A stretch of 55,438 nucleotides of DNA from Tissierellaceae bacterium (GCA_036562765.1 DATCJO010000210.1:1-55438), one strand, 5' to 3'; shown: positions 44,787 through 54,717, counted from the stretch's first letter. Made by a program: numbers and translations. The notes: generated by a model not told the origin, from the sequence alone.

Positions 44787-47009
44787 ATGAATTCGGTTAA
44801 AAGAAGGTACATTTTATTTGGAATTATATTAACAGTTATAGTAACTGTAGGGTTAATTTTTGAGTATATTCATTTAAACGAGATTATAACCAGTGAAAAG
44901 AAAGAATCCATCGATAGGTCCTTAGAATATTTAAGATATCAAATAAATAGCAATTTAAAGCTTCACAGCCAATATGCTGTTGCTGCAGCAGAGTACATTT
45001 CCCTGGGGAACTGGACAGAAGATGGAGTTAAGGAATATTTTGAAAAAATTATGGAAAATGACCCTTACATAAAATCCGTTTATTTTAAAGACAAAGACAA
45101 TAGATTAATTGCCACAGATAGTGCCAATTCGCCTAAAAGCTATGAATGGGTAGAAGAAAACTTCAATACAATGGATATAGAAAATGACAGATTATTTTAT
45201 TCAGATATTATTCAGGATTCGCTAGAAAATGAACCTATTATTGCCATTGCTAAGCCAGTTTATGATAGAAACAGTGAATTTATAGGAGCAGTGGTATGCG
45301 ACATCAGCTTAGAAAAGATAATAGATATTGTTGAAGAAACTGATACAGATGATTTGGGATATTCATTTTTAATTGATAGTACTGGCAATATCTTCGCACA
45401 TCCAGGATATAAAGATAAATCAAGTAAAGAAATAGTAAATATAAACTCCATTTCTGAAAATACACACAATGAATTGAAGAAGATAAAAAGCGGTGAAATA
45501 GAAGTAGAATTAAATGGAGTATTAGGCCATTTATTCTTCAAGCCCATTGAAAATACGGACTGGGTTATTGGGAATTTTATGTCTTCAAATGACCTTAGAA
45601 AAAATGAATGGAATATGATTGATTTGTATGCCACTTCGTTAGGGGTATCACTGGCTATCTTTGTCATTTTCATGTATTTGCAAAGTAAAAGCATAATTCA
45701 ACCAATTATGAAGCTAGATGATGATATTAGAAATATCAACATTGAGAAAAATATAGAATACAGGCTTCCAATAGATATAATGGATCCATTTATAGAATTG
45801 AGAAAATCAATTAATTTAGCTTTAGATAAGGCTCAAGAATTCTTTGAACAAATAGAAAAGGATAAAGAAGAATTGATGTCCCAACATAAGGAATTAATTG
45901 CATCTTACAATGAACTGGCGGAGAATATTGAACAGAGAAAGATTTTAGAGGAAAAATTAAGAGACCTGTCTTACCGGGACCAATTAACTGGATTATACAA
46001 CAGAAGATTCTTTGATGAAATGATTCACAAGCTTGATAGAGAAGAAAACTTGCCACTGGCTATAATTATGGCAGATGTTAATGGATTGAAGTTAATAAAC
46101 GATTCCTTTGGACACATTATTGGAGATGAGCTATTAAAGAGCATAGCAAGAATTATAAAGAAAGGCATTAGGGAAAGTGATATTGCTTGCAGGTTAAGCG
46201 GAGATGAATTTGTAATTATTCTACCCAAAACAACATTGGAGGATGCAAAGAAAATAATAGATAGATTAAAGGATTTAAGTTTTGGCAGGAGATTTTTGAA
46301 GGATAAAGGAATAGATATAGAAATATCTGTAGCCTATGGTATAGGAGTTAAAGACAAGCCTAATATGGATATTTTGCAAGTAATTAAGGAAGCAGAAGAC
46401 TACATGTATTCTCGAAAGCTATTTGAAGGATCCAAAATGAGAAGCAGAACCATAGAAACCATAGTTGATTTCTTATACAAAAAAAGCAAAAGAGAAGAAG
46501 AACACTCAAAAAGGGTGGCTGAACTCTGCAAGCAAATGGCTATTGCTTTAAATTTGCCTGAGGATAAAGTTGAAGAAACCTATACTGCTGGGCTGCTTCA
46601 TGACATAGGGAAAATTGCAATTTCTGATGATGCGTTGAATAATTATGAACCATATTCTAATAAAGGATGGGAAAAAATAAAGAAACATCCTGAAATAGGA
46701 TATAGGATACTCAGCACAGTAAATGAAATGGGGCAAATAGCAGAATATGTACTTTACCATCATGAAAGGTATGATGGTTTAGGACATCCAAAAGGTCTAA
46801 AGGGGAAAGAAATACCACTAGTTTCGAGAATAATAGCCATTGTAGACACTTATGAAATGTTGTCTTCAGATATGCCAAATAAAAAGGCTATATTAGAAGA
46901 TGAAGTAATAGAAAAGCTTTTGAGAAATGCAGGTACTCATTTTGATCCAGAACTAGTGGAAATATTTATTGAGAAAGTACTCAATATTAAATTGATGAAA
47001 TTAAATTAA
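44787..47009 (+). CDS. Membrane c-di-GMP enzyme with TM, periplasmic Cache-like sensor, TM, a coiled-coil linker, a GGDEF domain and an HD-GYP domain.
   Basis: The I-site RESD lies 5 aa before the variant A-site RLSGDEF. The HD domain has GLLHDIGK and the GYP region is the variant HHERYDGLGHP. The ATG at 44787 sits behind an AGGGTGG RBS. Confidence 0.8.
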   Translation: MNSVKRRYILFGIILTVIVTVGLIFEYIHLNEIITSEKKESIDRSLEYLRYQINSNLKLHSQYAVAAAEYISLGNWTEDGVKEYFEKIMENDPYIKSVYFKDKDNRLIATDSANSPKSYEWVEENFNTMDIENDRLFYSDIIQDSLENEPIIAIAKPVYDRNSEFIGAVVCDISLEKIIDIVEETDTDDLGYSFLIDSTGNIFAHPGYKDKSSKEIVNINSISENTHNELKKIKSGEIEVELNGVLGHLFFKPIENTDWVIGNFMSSNDLRKNEWNMIDLYATSLGVSLAIFVIFMYLQSKSIIQPIMKLDDDIRNINIEKNIEYRLPIDIMDPFIELRKSINLALDKAQEFFEQIEKDKEELMSQHKELIASYNELAENIEQRKILEEKLRDLSYRDQLTGLYNRRFFDEMIHKLDREENLPLAIIMADVNGLKLINDSFGHIIGDELLKSIARIIKKGIRESDIACRLSGDEFVIILPKTTLEDAKKIIDRLKDLSFGRRFLKDKGIDIEISVAYGIGVKDKPNMDILQVIKEAEDYMYSRKLFEGSKMRSRTIETIVDFLYKKSKREEEHSKRVAELCKQMAIALNLPEDKVEETYTAGLLHDIGKIAISDDALNNYEPYSNKGWEKIKKHPEIGYRILSTVNEMGQIAEYVLYHHERYDGLGHPKGLKGKEIPLVSRIIAIVDTYEMLSSDMPNKKAILEDEVIEKLLRNAGTHFDPELVEIFIEKVLNIKLMKLN

Positions 47010-47061
47010 TATTGGCAAAAAATTATTAGGCTCTCTATATAGAGAGCCTAATAGTTTTCAA

Positions 47062-48093
47062 TTATTCAAGTATATATACTTTTACTTTCCTTTTGCCAAA
47101 TTTAGCTACATCTTGTGAGTTTTCAAAGAATAAGTCAATCCTATTTCCCTTGATTGCTCCTCCTGTATCTTCAGCTACAGCAAAACCATAATCTTTTGAT
47201 CCATCTAGGCTTTGGATATATAATTTTGTACCTAGTGGAATTACCTTAGGGTCTACAGCTACAACACCTGGCCTAGCCTTTGTGCCAGAAGCTGTTATGC
47301 CGTAGTATTTATCCCCTGGCAGCTTTTTACAGCTTTCATATGATAAATCATAGGCAGTTGCTGTCATAACAATGGCTTTTTTATACCTGACACTGCCTCT
47401 TGATGTCACAAGAATATCTTTTGTGCCTCTTTCCATAATTTCATTTATGGGTTCTGTAATTACCTCTTGCCCCACTATTATAGTTGAGGCAACTTGACCA
47501 TTAACGATTTCCTTTTTAACAGTAACTTTTCTAAGCCCATCTTTACCTTTTTGGATAGTCCTTGTTGTTCCAATATCCAATTTTGGATTTTTATTAACAA
47601 CTTTTTCAAAAGGAATAACCTCATCATATGTTTCAAAAACTTCTTCAACCCTGTAGACTTCTATTGTACTTCCAGGGGATACTTTTTCTTCCAAACTTGG
47701 ATTAGTGAAATCCTTCTCTCCTAGTTGTATGCTATTGTCAGCCAAAATGCTTTTTACAGTATCATGGGTTGATTTCACATCTACTAACACTTTATCCACT
47801 GAAATAGTGTACACTTTCGGATTTTTTATAACAATAGTCATGTTGTCTACAAGGGTTACATCTAATGGGTGGCTTATGTAAGCCCCTTCTTCCAATGTTA
47901 TATTTTCTTTTAGGAGAAGTTCTTCCAATGTATTAGCATTTGAGGTAAAAGATTTTTCTTCATTGTCTAAGATTATGGTAACTTTAGTTAAATTGCTTTG
48001 ATATAAGTATATTCCTAAGGATATAGTTAATGCTATAGCTAGGAGTATCAATACTGGAATTTTCTTCTTCCAATTTGTTGGTTGAGTTTCCAT
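47062..48093 (-). CDS. yabE: YabE-like protein with TM/DUF348, a G5 domain and a 3D (MltA-like) domain.
   Basis: N-terminal TM. The G5 segment is TIQKGKDGLRKVTVKKEIVNGQV and the C-terminal 3D domain is VAVDPKVIPLGTKLYIQ..AVAEDTGGAIKGNRIDLFF. Confidence 0.8.
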   Translation of the reverse strand: METQPTNWKKKIPVLILLAIALTISLGIYLYQSNLTKVTIILDNEEKSFTSNANTLEELLLKENITLEEGAYISHPLDVTLVDNMTIVIKNPKVYTISVDKVLVDVKSTHDTVKSILADNSIQLGEKDFTNPSLEEKVSPGSTIEVYRVEEVFETYDEVIPFEKVVNKNPKLDIGTTRTIQKGKDGLRKVTVKKEIVNGQVASTIIVGQEVITEPINEIMERGTKDILVTSRGSVRYKKAIVMTATAYDLSYESCKKLPGDKYYGITASGTKARPGVVAVDPKVIPLGTKLYIQSLDGSKDYGFAVAEDTGGAIKGNRIDLFFENSQDVAKFGKRKVKVYILE

Positions 48094-48278
48094 ATTATAC
48101 CTCCTATTTTTTAACTATTTATGTATTGTATCCAATAAAAATTATTTTGTCAAATTTTTGAAGTAGAAGACATAATATTCTGAAAAAAACATCATATTTT
48201 TTATTATATATCTTGTACAATCTATATGTTATACAAAAACTGGATAATTATACATTTTTTAATAAAAAAACATGTTAG

Positions 48279-48307
48279 TTGACTAAAATTTTTACTTTGA
48301 GTATAAT
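48279..48307 (+). promoter_or_regulatory. SigA promoter of the metG leader.
   Basis: TTGACT-N17-TATAAT. Confidence 0.55.
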
Positions 48308-48309
48308 AA

Positions 48310-48600
48310 TATATCAAATAAGGTAAAATATAGAAATGACATTAAAAATTGCAAATTCAAAGGTAGTGAAGGGGAGAGTAGGATAAATTTTAATCTAAAG
48401 AGAGCTGGGTAAGGTGAAAGCCAGTGATTAAAATTATTCCGAAGATGGCCCCGGAACCTTGTGGTCGATATGTAGGCCACGACGGAAGCAGCCGTTACGC
48501 TGTAAGGTTTTAAACCTACTGAGGCCTAAATCGCAAGATTTAGGCGAATTAGAGTGGTACCACGAAGTCAACCTTCGTCTCTAAGAGATGAAGGTTTTTT
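48310..48600 (+). ncRNA. T-box riboswitch leader, Met-specific, controlling metG.
   Basis: It has an AGAGAG box in stem I, a candidate specifier AUG at 48445-48447, the T-box sequence AATTAGAGTGGTACCACG at 48547-48564, and a terminator AACCTTCGTCTC/GAGATGAAGGTT followed by T6. Confidence 0.7.
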
Positions 48601-48623
48601 ATTTAGTTAATTTCCAACAGGAT

Positions 48624-48690
48624 AACTATTCATTAATTAGTTATTCACTATATTTACTATTGATTGTTAACTATTAACTATTCACTATTA
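48624..48690. repeat. Cluster of ACTATTCA(CT) motif copies between the T-box terminator and metG.
   Basis: It reads aactattcatta, ttattcacta and aactattcactatta. Confidence 0.55.
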
Positions 48691-48723
48691 ACTATTAACT
48701 AAAAATATGGGGGGTTATGAGAA

Positions 48724-50670
48724 GTGAAAAAATACTACTTGACTACACCAATTTATTATCCTTCTGACAATCTACACATTGGACACACTTACACAACAGT
48801 AGCTGCAGATGTAATTAAGAAGTTTAAGAAGATGCAGGGATACGATGTATATTTTGTTACAGGTACTGATGAACACGGACAAAAAATTCAAAACAAGGCA
48901 AAGGAAAATGGATTAAGTCCAAAGGAATATGTAGATAAAATTGTTGCAGATATTAAAAAACTTTGGAAGCTGTTAGAAATTGATTATGACACTTTCATAA
49001 GGACCACAGACCCACAACATGAAAAAGCAGTTCAGGACATATTCATGAAGTTGTATGAAAAAGGAGAAATATATAAGTCAACATATAAGGGCCTTTACTG
49101 TACTCCTTGCGAATCTTTCTGGACAGAGTCCCAATTAGTAGATGGAAAATGTCCAGATTGCCATAGAGAAGTTCATCCTGCAGAAGAAGAAGCATATTTC
49201 TTCAGGCTTTCAAAGTATAGGGATAAGCTGTTAAAGTTTTATGAAGAACATCCAGATTTTATCCAACCTGAATCTAGGAAAAACGAAATGATTAATAACT
49301 TCTTAAAAGATGGTTTGGAAGATTTATGCGTAACAAGAACAAGCTTTGACTGGGGAGTTAAGGTTCCTTTTGATCCAAAACATGTAATATATGTATGGAT
49401 AGACGCCTTAGCTTGCTATATTACAGCTTTAGGATATGGTTCAGATAACGATGAGAACTTCAAAAAATATTGGCCAGCTGATGTCCACCTAGTTGGCAAG
49501 GAAATTGTCAGGTTCCACACCATAATATGGCCAGCACTTTTAATGGCTTTAGGATTAGATATACCAAAGAAGGTATTTGGCCATGGCTGGATATTGTTTG
49601 AGGACGATAAGATGTCTAAGTCTAAAGGAAATGTAATTTATCCTGAACCACTTATTGAATTATACGGTATAGATGCATTTAAATACTTCTTATTGAGGGA
49701 ATTCTCCTTTGGCCAAGATGGAAACTTCAGCAGGGAAAAATTCTTGCAAAGATTAAACTCCGACTTGGCAAATGACTTAGGAAACTTGGTAAGCAGAACT
49801 GTTACCATGATTCAAAAATACAATGATGGAGTAATACCATCACCAGCAGTGGAAGAAGAAATAGATAAGTCCTTGAAAGATTTGGCTGTTAGTATTGCAC
49901 CTAAAGTTGAAGAATACATGGACCAACTAAACTTCTCACAAGCATTAGAGGAAATATGGAAGCTAATTAGAAGGACAAACAAGTATATAGATGAAACTAC
50001 ACCATGGATTTTGGGAAGCGAAGGCAGGAAAGATAGGCTTGATACAGTACTTTACAACCTAACTGAATCCTTAAGGATTATAACAATATTGATTAAGCCA
50101 TTTATGGAAAAGACATCCTTAGAAATAAGAAGGCAATTAGGAATTGATGGAGAAATCTTGTGGGAAGATTCAAAGGTTTGGGGTAAACTAGAAGTAGGTG
50201 GAAAAGTAGGAGATAGGAAGATAATATTCCCAAGGCTTGACATTCAAAAAGAATTGCAAAAACTAAATGAAGCTAATGAAAAGCTAATAATAGAAAGAAG
50301 CAAAGTGAAGAAGGAAAATAAAGAAGAAGCTAAAGAGGAAATAGAAGAAATTACAATCGACGACTTTAAAAAAGTTCAATTAAGGGTAGCAGAAGTTATT
50401 TCTTGCGAAAACCATCCTAATGCTGATAAACTATATGTATTGAAGTTGAAATTAGGGGAAGAAGAACGACAAGTCGTATCAGGAATTAAAAAATACTATA
50501 AACCAGAGGACCTAGTAGGCAAAAAGGTAGTAGTAGTTGCAAACTTAAAGCCTGTGAAACTTAGAGGTGTTGAATCTAAGGGAATGATATTGGCTGCAGA
50601 AGACACAGAAGGAAATCTTACTTTAGTATCAACCCTAGAAGACATAGCTTCCGGTGCAACAATTTCATAA
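48724..50670 (+). CDS. metG: Methionyl-tRNA synthetase with a C-terminal EMAP/Trbp111-like tRNA-binding domain.
   Basis: It has the HIGH motif (NLHIGH), KMSKS, a zinc knuckle CTPCESF..CPDC, and a C-terminal OB-fold (VAEVISCENHPNADKLYVLKL). Confidence 0.95.
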   Translation: MKKYYLTTPIYYPSDNLHIGHTYTTVAADVIKKFKKMQGYDVYFVTGTDEHGQKIQNKAKENGLSPKEYVDKIVADIKKLWKLLEIDYDTFIRTTDPQHEKAVQDIFMKLYEKGEIYKSTYKGLYCTPCESFWTESQLVDGKCPDCHREVHPAEEEAYFFRLSKYRDKLLKFYEEHPDFIQPESRKNEMINNFLKDGLEDLCVTRTSFDWGVKVPFDPKHVIYVWIDALACYITALGYGSDNDENFKKYWPADVHLVGKEIVRFHTIIWPALLMALGLDIPKKVFGHGWILFEDDKMSKSKGNVIYPEPLIELYGIDAFKYFLLREFSFGQDGNFSREKFLQRLNSDLANDLGNLVSRTVTMIQKYNDGVIPSPAVEEEIDKSLKDLAVSIAPKVEEYMDQLNFSQALEEIWKLIRRTNKYIDETTPWILGSEGRKDRLDTVLYNLTESLRIITILIKPFMEKTSLEIRRQLGIDGEILWEDSKVWGKLEVGGKVGDRKIIFPRLDIQKELQKLNEANEKLIIERSKVKKENKEEAKEEIEEITIDDFKKVQLRVAEVISCENHPNADKLYVLKLKLGEEERQVVSGIKKYYKPEDLVGKKVVVVANLKPVKLRGVESKGMILAAEDTEGNLTLVSTLEDIASGATIS

Positions 50671-50716
50671 AATTATAATAGATAAAAAATCGTTAAATTG
50701 TTGAAGGAGATGGAAA

Positions 50717-51487
50717 ATGCTATTAATAGACAGCCATGCACATTTAGATGATGAGAGATTTGATAAGGACAGGGATGAATTAATAAGAAGCCTAGAAAGC
50801 AATGGAATTGAGCTGGTGATTAATGTTGGTGCTGATTTAAAGTCCAGTATTGCATCAGTATCGCTGGCTGAAAAATATCCAAACATCTATGCAGCAGTTG
50901 GAGTTCATCCCCATGATGTTAAGGACATGGATGAATCAACATTAGAAATAATAAAATCTCTGGCAAAAAGGGATAAGGTTGTAGCCATTGGAGAAATCGG
51001 ATTAGATTATTACTATGATAATTCTCCAAGGGAAGACCAGAGAAAATGGTTTAAAAGGCAGTTGGAATTAGCAAAGGAGCTAGGCTTGCCAGTTATTATA
51101 CACTCTAGAGATGCTCAACAGGAAACCTTCGACATCATAAAAGAAGCCCAAGATGGGAGATTAAGAGGTGTAATGCACTGTTACTCTGGCAGCAAGGAAA
51201 TGGCAAATGAATACATTAAACTTGGCTTTTACATTTCCATTGCAGGGCCAGTTACCTTTAAGAATGCAAGGGTAGTAAAGGAAGTTGCTAAAGAAGTTCC
51301 TCTAGATAAGCTTCTTGTTGAAACAGACAGCCCATACCTTGCTCCAGAACCTCATAGGGGAAAACGAAACGAGCCCATTTTTGTGAAGTTCGTAGCAGGT
51401 ACCATAGCTGAAATCAAAGGAATATCCTTTGAAGAACTAGCTAAGGCTACAAATAGGAATACTAAAGAATTGTTTGGGATTAAATAA
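50717..51487 (+). CDS. tatD: TatD-family DNase/hydrolase.
   Basis: IDSHAHLD is the N-terminal metal-binding motif. Length is 256 aa. Confidence 0.9.
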   Translation: MLLIDSHAHLDDERFDKDRDELIRSLESNGIELVINVGADLKSSIASVSLAEKYPNIYAAVGVHPHDVKDMDESTLEIIKSLAKRDKVVAIGEIGLDYYYDNSPREDQRKWFKRQLELAKELGLPVIIHSRDAQQETFDIIKEAQDGRLRGVMHCYSGSKEMANEYIKLGFYISIAGPVTFKNARVVKEVAKEVPLDKLLVETDSPYLAPEPHRGKRNEPIFVKFVAGTIAEIKGISFEELAKATNRNTKELFGIK

Positions 51488-51551
51488 GCAGCGATTTACT
51501 CGCTGCTTATTAAATGCTTTATTTTATGAAATTATAGGGTATAATATTTAC

Positions 51552-51575
51552 AGTGAATAGTTAAGAGTGAATAGT
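51552..51575. repeat. Two direct copies of AGTGAATAGT, about 25 bp upstream of rnmV.
   Basis: It reads cAGTGAATAGTtaagAGTGAATAGTgaatt. Confidence 0.6.
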
Positions 51576-51598
51576 GAATTGATATAGAAAGAGGGAAA

Positions 51599-52147
51599 TT
51601 GATGATAAAAGAGGTAATAGTGGTAGAAGGAAAAGACGATATTACAGCGGTAAAAGCAGCTGTAGATGCAGAAGTAATAGCTACAGGAGGTTTTGGATAT
51701 AAAAAGGAATTTATAGATACTTTAAAAAAGATTGCTGAAAAAAGAGGCATCATAATCCTTACTGATCCGGATTATGCAGGTGAGCAGATAAGAAAAGACT
51801 TAGCCAAGCATATAAAAAACTGTAAGCATGCCTTTCTTCCTCAGGGAAAGGCTCTAAAAAAAGGAGATATTGGAGTAGAAAATGCAACTAAGGAAGATAT
51901 AATTGAGGCCATTTTAAAGGCAAGGCCTAGCAAAATAGAAAAAACAGAAGAATTTACAATGGAAGACTTGACACAAAATGGATTAGCAGGAGGGCCAAAT
52001 TCTAGAGAAAGAAGAGAAAGACTAGGCTATATATTAGGCATAGGATACTGCAATTCCAAACAGCTTCTAAATAGGCTAAATAACTTTGGCATAACAAGAA
52101 AGGAATTTTATGAAGCCCTAGAAAGGATAGAAGAAGATGGAAGGTAA
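51599..52147 (+). CDS. rnmV: Ribonuclease M5 (Toprim domain).
   Basis: IKEVIVVEGKDDITAVKAAVDAEVIATGG is the Toprim N-terminus. Length is 182 aa. Confidence 0.85.
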   Translation: MMIKEVIVVEGKDDITAVKAAVDAEVIATGGFGYKKEFIDTLKKIAEKRGIIILTDPDYAGEQIRKDLAKHIKNCKHAFLPQGKALKKGDIGVENATKEDIIEAILKARPSKIEKTEEFTMEDLTQNGLAGGPNSRERRERLGYILGIGYCNSKQLLNRLNNFGITRKEFYEALERIEEDGR

Positions 52148-53003
52148 AAGGCTATATTCTCCCAAATATGTTAAAGAGATACTTTCAAAATACGGATTTG
52201 AATTCTCCAAAAGTTTGGGGCAGAATTTCCTCATTGATGGCAATATAATTAGAAAAATAGCAGAAAAGGCTAATATCACAGGAGAAGACTATATTTTAGA
52301 AATTGGCCCTGGGATAGGTACTTTAACGGAGGAATTGGCCATAAGAGCAAAAAAAGTTGTAGCCATAGAATTGGATAAAAACCTTATGCCAATACTGGAT
52401 GAAACCCTTGGGGAATACAAAAATGTAGAGATAATAAATGGCGATGTGCTGAAGGTAGATTTAAAAAGGATAATAGAAGAGAAACTTGATAATGGGCCAG
52501 TAAAGGTTGTTGCGAACCTTCCTTATTATGTAACCACCCCTATCATAACTAAATTATTGGAAAGCAATTTAAACCTAGATTCCATCATTGTAATGGTTCA
52601 AAAAGAAGTTGCAGAAAGAATGAAGGCGAAGCCTGGCAGTAAAGATTATGGTTCCCTATCGGTATATGTTAACTTCTTCAGCATTCCGGAAATTATCATC
52701 CATGTTCCCAAAACAGTATTCATGCCTCAGCCAAAAGTTGATTCTGCAGTAATCAAGCTTGATATAAAAAAGAACCTTCCTGATATAGATAGGGATAAGT
52801 TTTTCAGAGTAATAAGGGCTGCCTTTTCTAAGAGGAGGAAAACTTTACTTAACTCCTTATCAAGTTATGGCTTTGATATTGATAAGGAAACTATAAGAGA
52901 AACCTTAGAAAATATAAATATCAATCCTGAAATAAGGGCTGAAAATTTGTCAGTTGAAGATTTTATTAAGATAAGTGAAACTTTACCCCCATTAAACATA
53001 TAA
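52137..53003 (+). CDS. rsmA: 16S rRNA (adenine1518/1519-N6)-dimethyltransferase.
   Basis: It has FSKSLGQNFLID, the SAM motif EIGPGIGTLT and the NLPY catalytic motif. Confidence 0.9.
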   Translation: MEGKRLYSPKYVKEILSKYGFEFSKSLGQNFLIDGNIIRKIAEKANITGEDYILEIGPGIGTLTEELAIRAKKVVAIELDKNLMPILDETLGEYKNVEIINGDVLKVDLKRIIEEKLDNGPVKVVANLPYYVTTPIITKLLESNLNLDSIIVMVQKEVAERMKAKPGSKDYGSLSVYVNFFSIPEIIIHVPKTVFMPQPKVDSAVIKLDIKKNLPDIDRDKFFRVIRAAFSKRRKTLLNSLSSYGFDIDKETIRETLENININPEIRAENLSVEDFIKISETLPPLNI

Positions 53004-53033
53004 TTAAATAAGGTTTAGAAAGGGGGTAAAATT

Positions 53034-54335
53034 ATGCCATCGTCTTTATCATATAGCAGAAAATTTATTATATTGAAAAGGGAGTTATCAACTGTAAGAA
53101 GAAATAATATTAAAGGGCACTGCAAAATTGAAAGAAAAGGCCCCAAGGTTTTACTTACAGTAAATGTTGAAAATGGCGATGTTGAAAGCATTTACAATGT
53201 AGCTTTGTTTTCAGGCAGTAAGGAAAATCCAATTACTGTTTTAGGAAAACTATTTACAGATGAAGTAGGAAAAGGAAAGGGAGAATATGCCCTTAATGAA
53301 AAGGAATTGGGAGGAAATAACTCTAAGGCAAATGGTATAATAATAATGTCAGATGAAGATATCCTCTTGGGAGGATATATAGATAAAGAAGATGGTTCCA
53401 TTGAAAAATACATAAATAGCTTAGCTTTAGAGTCTAAGATTGAGGAAACCGAAGAGATAAAAGAAGTGAAACCAGTTAATGAATTTGATGAAGAAGAAAC
53501 CAAGTTAGCAGAAGAGATTCAAGAAGAACCAGCAGAAATAGCTGAAATAAAAGAGGTCAAGCCAATGGAAACAGTTTCTATGGAAGAATCAAATCATGAG
53601 AACATTCCAGCAGAACCAGCTTATGTCGAAGACTCCAATGTTATAGAAAATATAGCCCAAGAAGATGAGCATACACCTCATTTAGAGCCAGTTGAAGCAG
53701 AAGGAATCGAATTCAAAGAAGAATCATCATTTGAAGAAACCTTACCCGAAGCTGTAGAGGAAAGTGCGCCTTATGAAGAATACTATTCAATAGAAGCTCA
53801 AGAAGCTACATCTAAAGCCAAGGAAATATCACATGATGATTTTACTGAGCCAGACTATAAAACCCTTGACTATTTAAAAAGATTAAATCAAAAAAATCAG
53901 ACTGTGAACTATGTACTAAGCATTTTAAGGTTTTTCCCTTATGCTGAGCCATTTAAGTACAATCTAAAGGGATATAACTGGTGGTTGGTAGATTTAGATT
54001 CCGTAAACGAATATAAGGCATTTTTGCCATATTTTGCCCATGTAGTTGGAGGCAACATCAAAGAATATTATGATAGCGGTGTCACCACATGTACTCAGCT
54101 GATGAACAAATACAAACACTATCTTTTTGGCTTGTATAATGAGGGGGAAGAAGTAAAATACTTCCTCTATGGTATTCCTGGAACTTTTACTGTTGATGAA
54201 CATCCATACAGAGGCGCTAATGGCTTTAATACTTGGTTTGAAGGAGTAAAGGCTCCAGGATACTGGATTATATATATAGACCCTATGACAGGGAAGGCAG
54301 TTGACTTGCCAAATCCAATGATACCTATAACATAA
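53034..54335 (+). CDS. Hypothetical protein with an acidic E-rich central repeat (EIKEVKP twice) and a conserved C-terminal domain.
   Basis: 433 aa with an AAGGGGG RBS. I recognise no domain. It occupies the position after ksgA, where B. subtilis has yabG. Confidence 0.35.
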   Translation: MPSSLSYSRKFIILKRELSTVRRNNIKGHCKIERKGPKVLLTVNVENGDVESIYNVALFSGSKENPITVLGKLFTDEVGKGKGEYALNEKELGGNNSKANGIIIMSDEDILLGGYIDKEDGSIEKYINSLALESKIEETEEIKEVKPVNEFDEEETKLAEEIQEEPAEIAEIKEVKPMETVSMEESNHENIPAEPAYVEDSNVIENIAQEDEHTPHLEPVEAEGIEFKEESSFEETLPEAVEESAPYEEYYSIEAQEATSKAKEISHDDFTEPDYKTLDYLKRLNQKNQTVNYVLSILRFFPYAEPFKYNLKGYNWWLVDLDSVNEYKAFLPYFAHVVGGNIKEYYDSGVTTCTQLMNKYKHYLFGLYNEGEEVKYFLYGIPGTFTVDEHPYRGANGFNTWFEGVKAPGYWIIYIDPMTGKAVDLPNPMIPIT

Positions 54336-54348
54336 AAGGAGAGTAAAG

Positions 54349-54717
54349 ATGAGAGAAAAAACAAGAGATAATCTTATTTGTGAAGGACATGCAACAGATG
54401 AGCAATCTCTTAAAGATATGAAGAATAAATTAAATAATGAAAAGGAAATACAAACTTTAGCAACTATTTTTAAAGCCCTTTCTGACCCAACGAGGTTAAA
54501 AATAATACATGCATTGTCAAAATCGAGCTATTGTGTGTGCGATTTGGCAGAGCTGCTTGATATGAGCCAGTCAGCCATATCTCATCAGCTTAGGATTTTG
54601 AGGGATTTGAAACTGGTTAAGTATAAAAGGGATGGAAAACTTGTCATATATTCCCTTGATGACGACCATGTCCTTAAATTATTTGAACAGGGTTTAGACC
54701 ATGTTAAGCATAGTTAG
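54349..54717 (+). CDS. ArsR/SmtB-family metal-sensing transcriptional repressor.
   Basis: The HTH is LSDPTRLKIIHAL..CVCDLAELLDMSQSAISHQLRIL. The CVC sequence corresponds to the alpha3 metal site. Confidence 0.8.
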   Translation: MREKTRDNLICEGHATDEQSLKDMKNKLNNEKEIQTLATIFKALSDPTRLKIIHALSKSSYCVCDLAELLDMSQSAISHQLRILRDLKLVKYKRDGKLVIYSLDDDHVLKLFEQGLDHVKHS

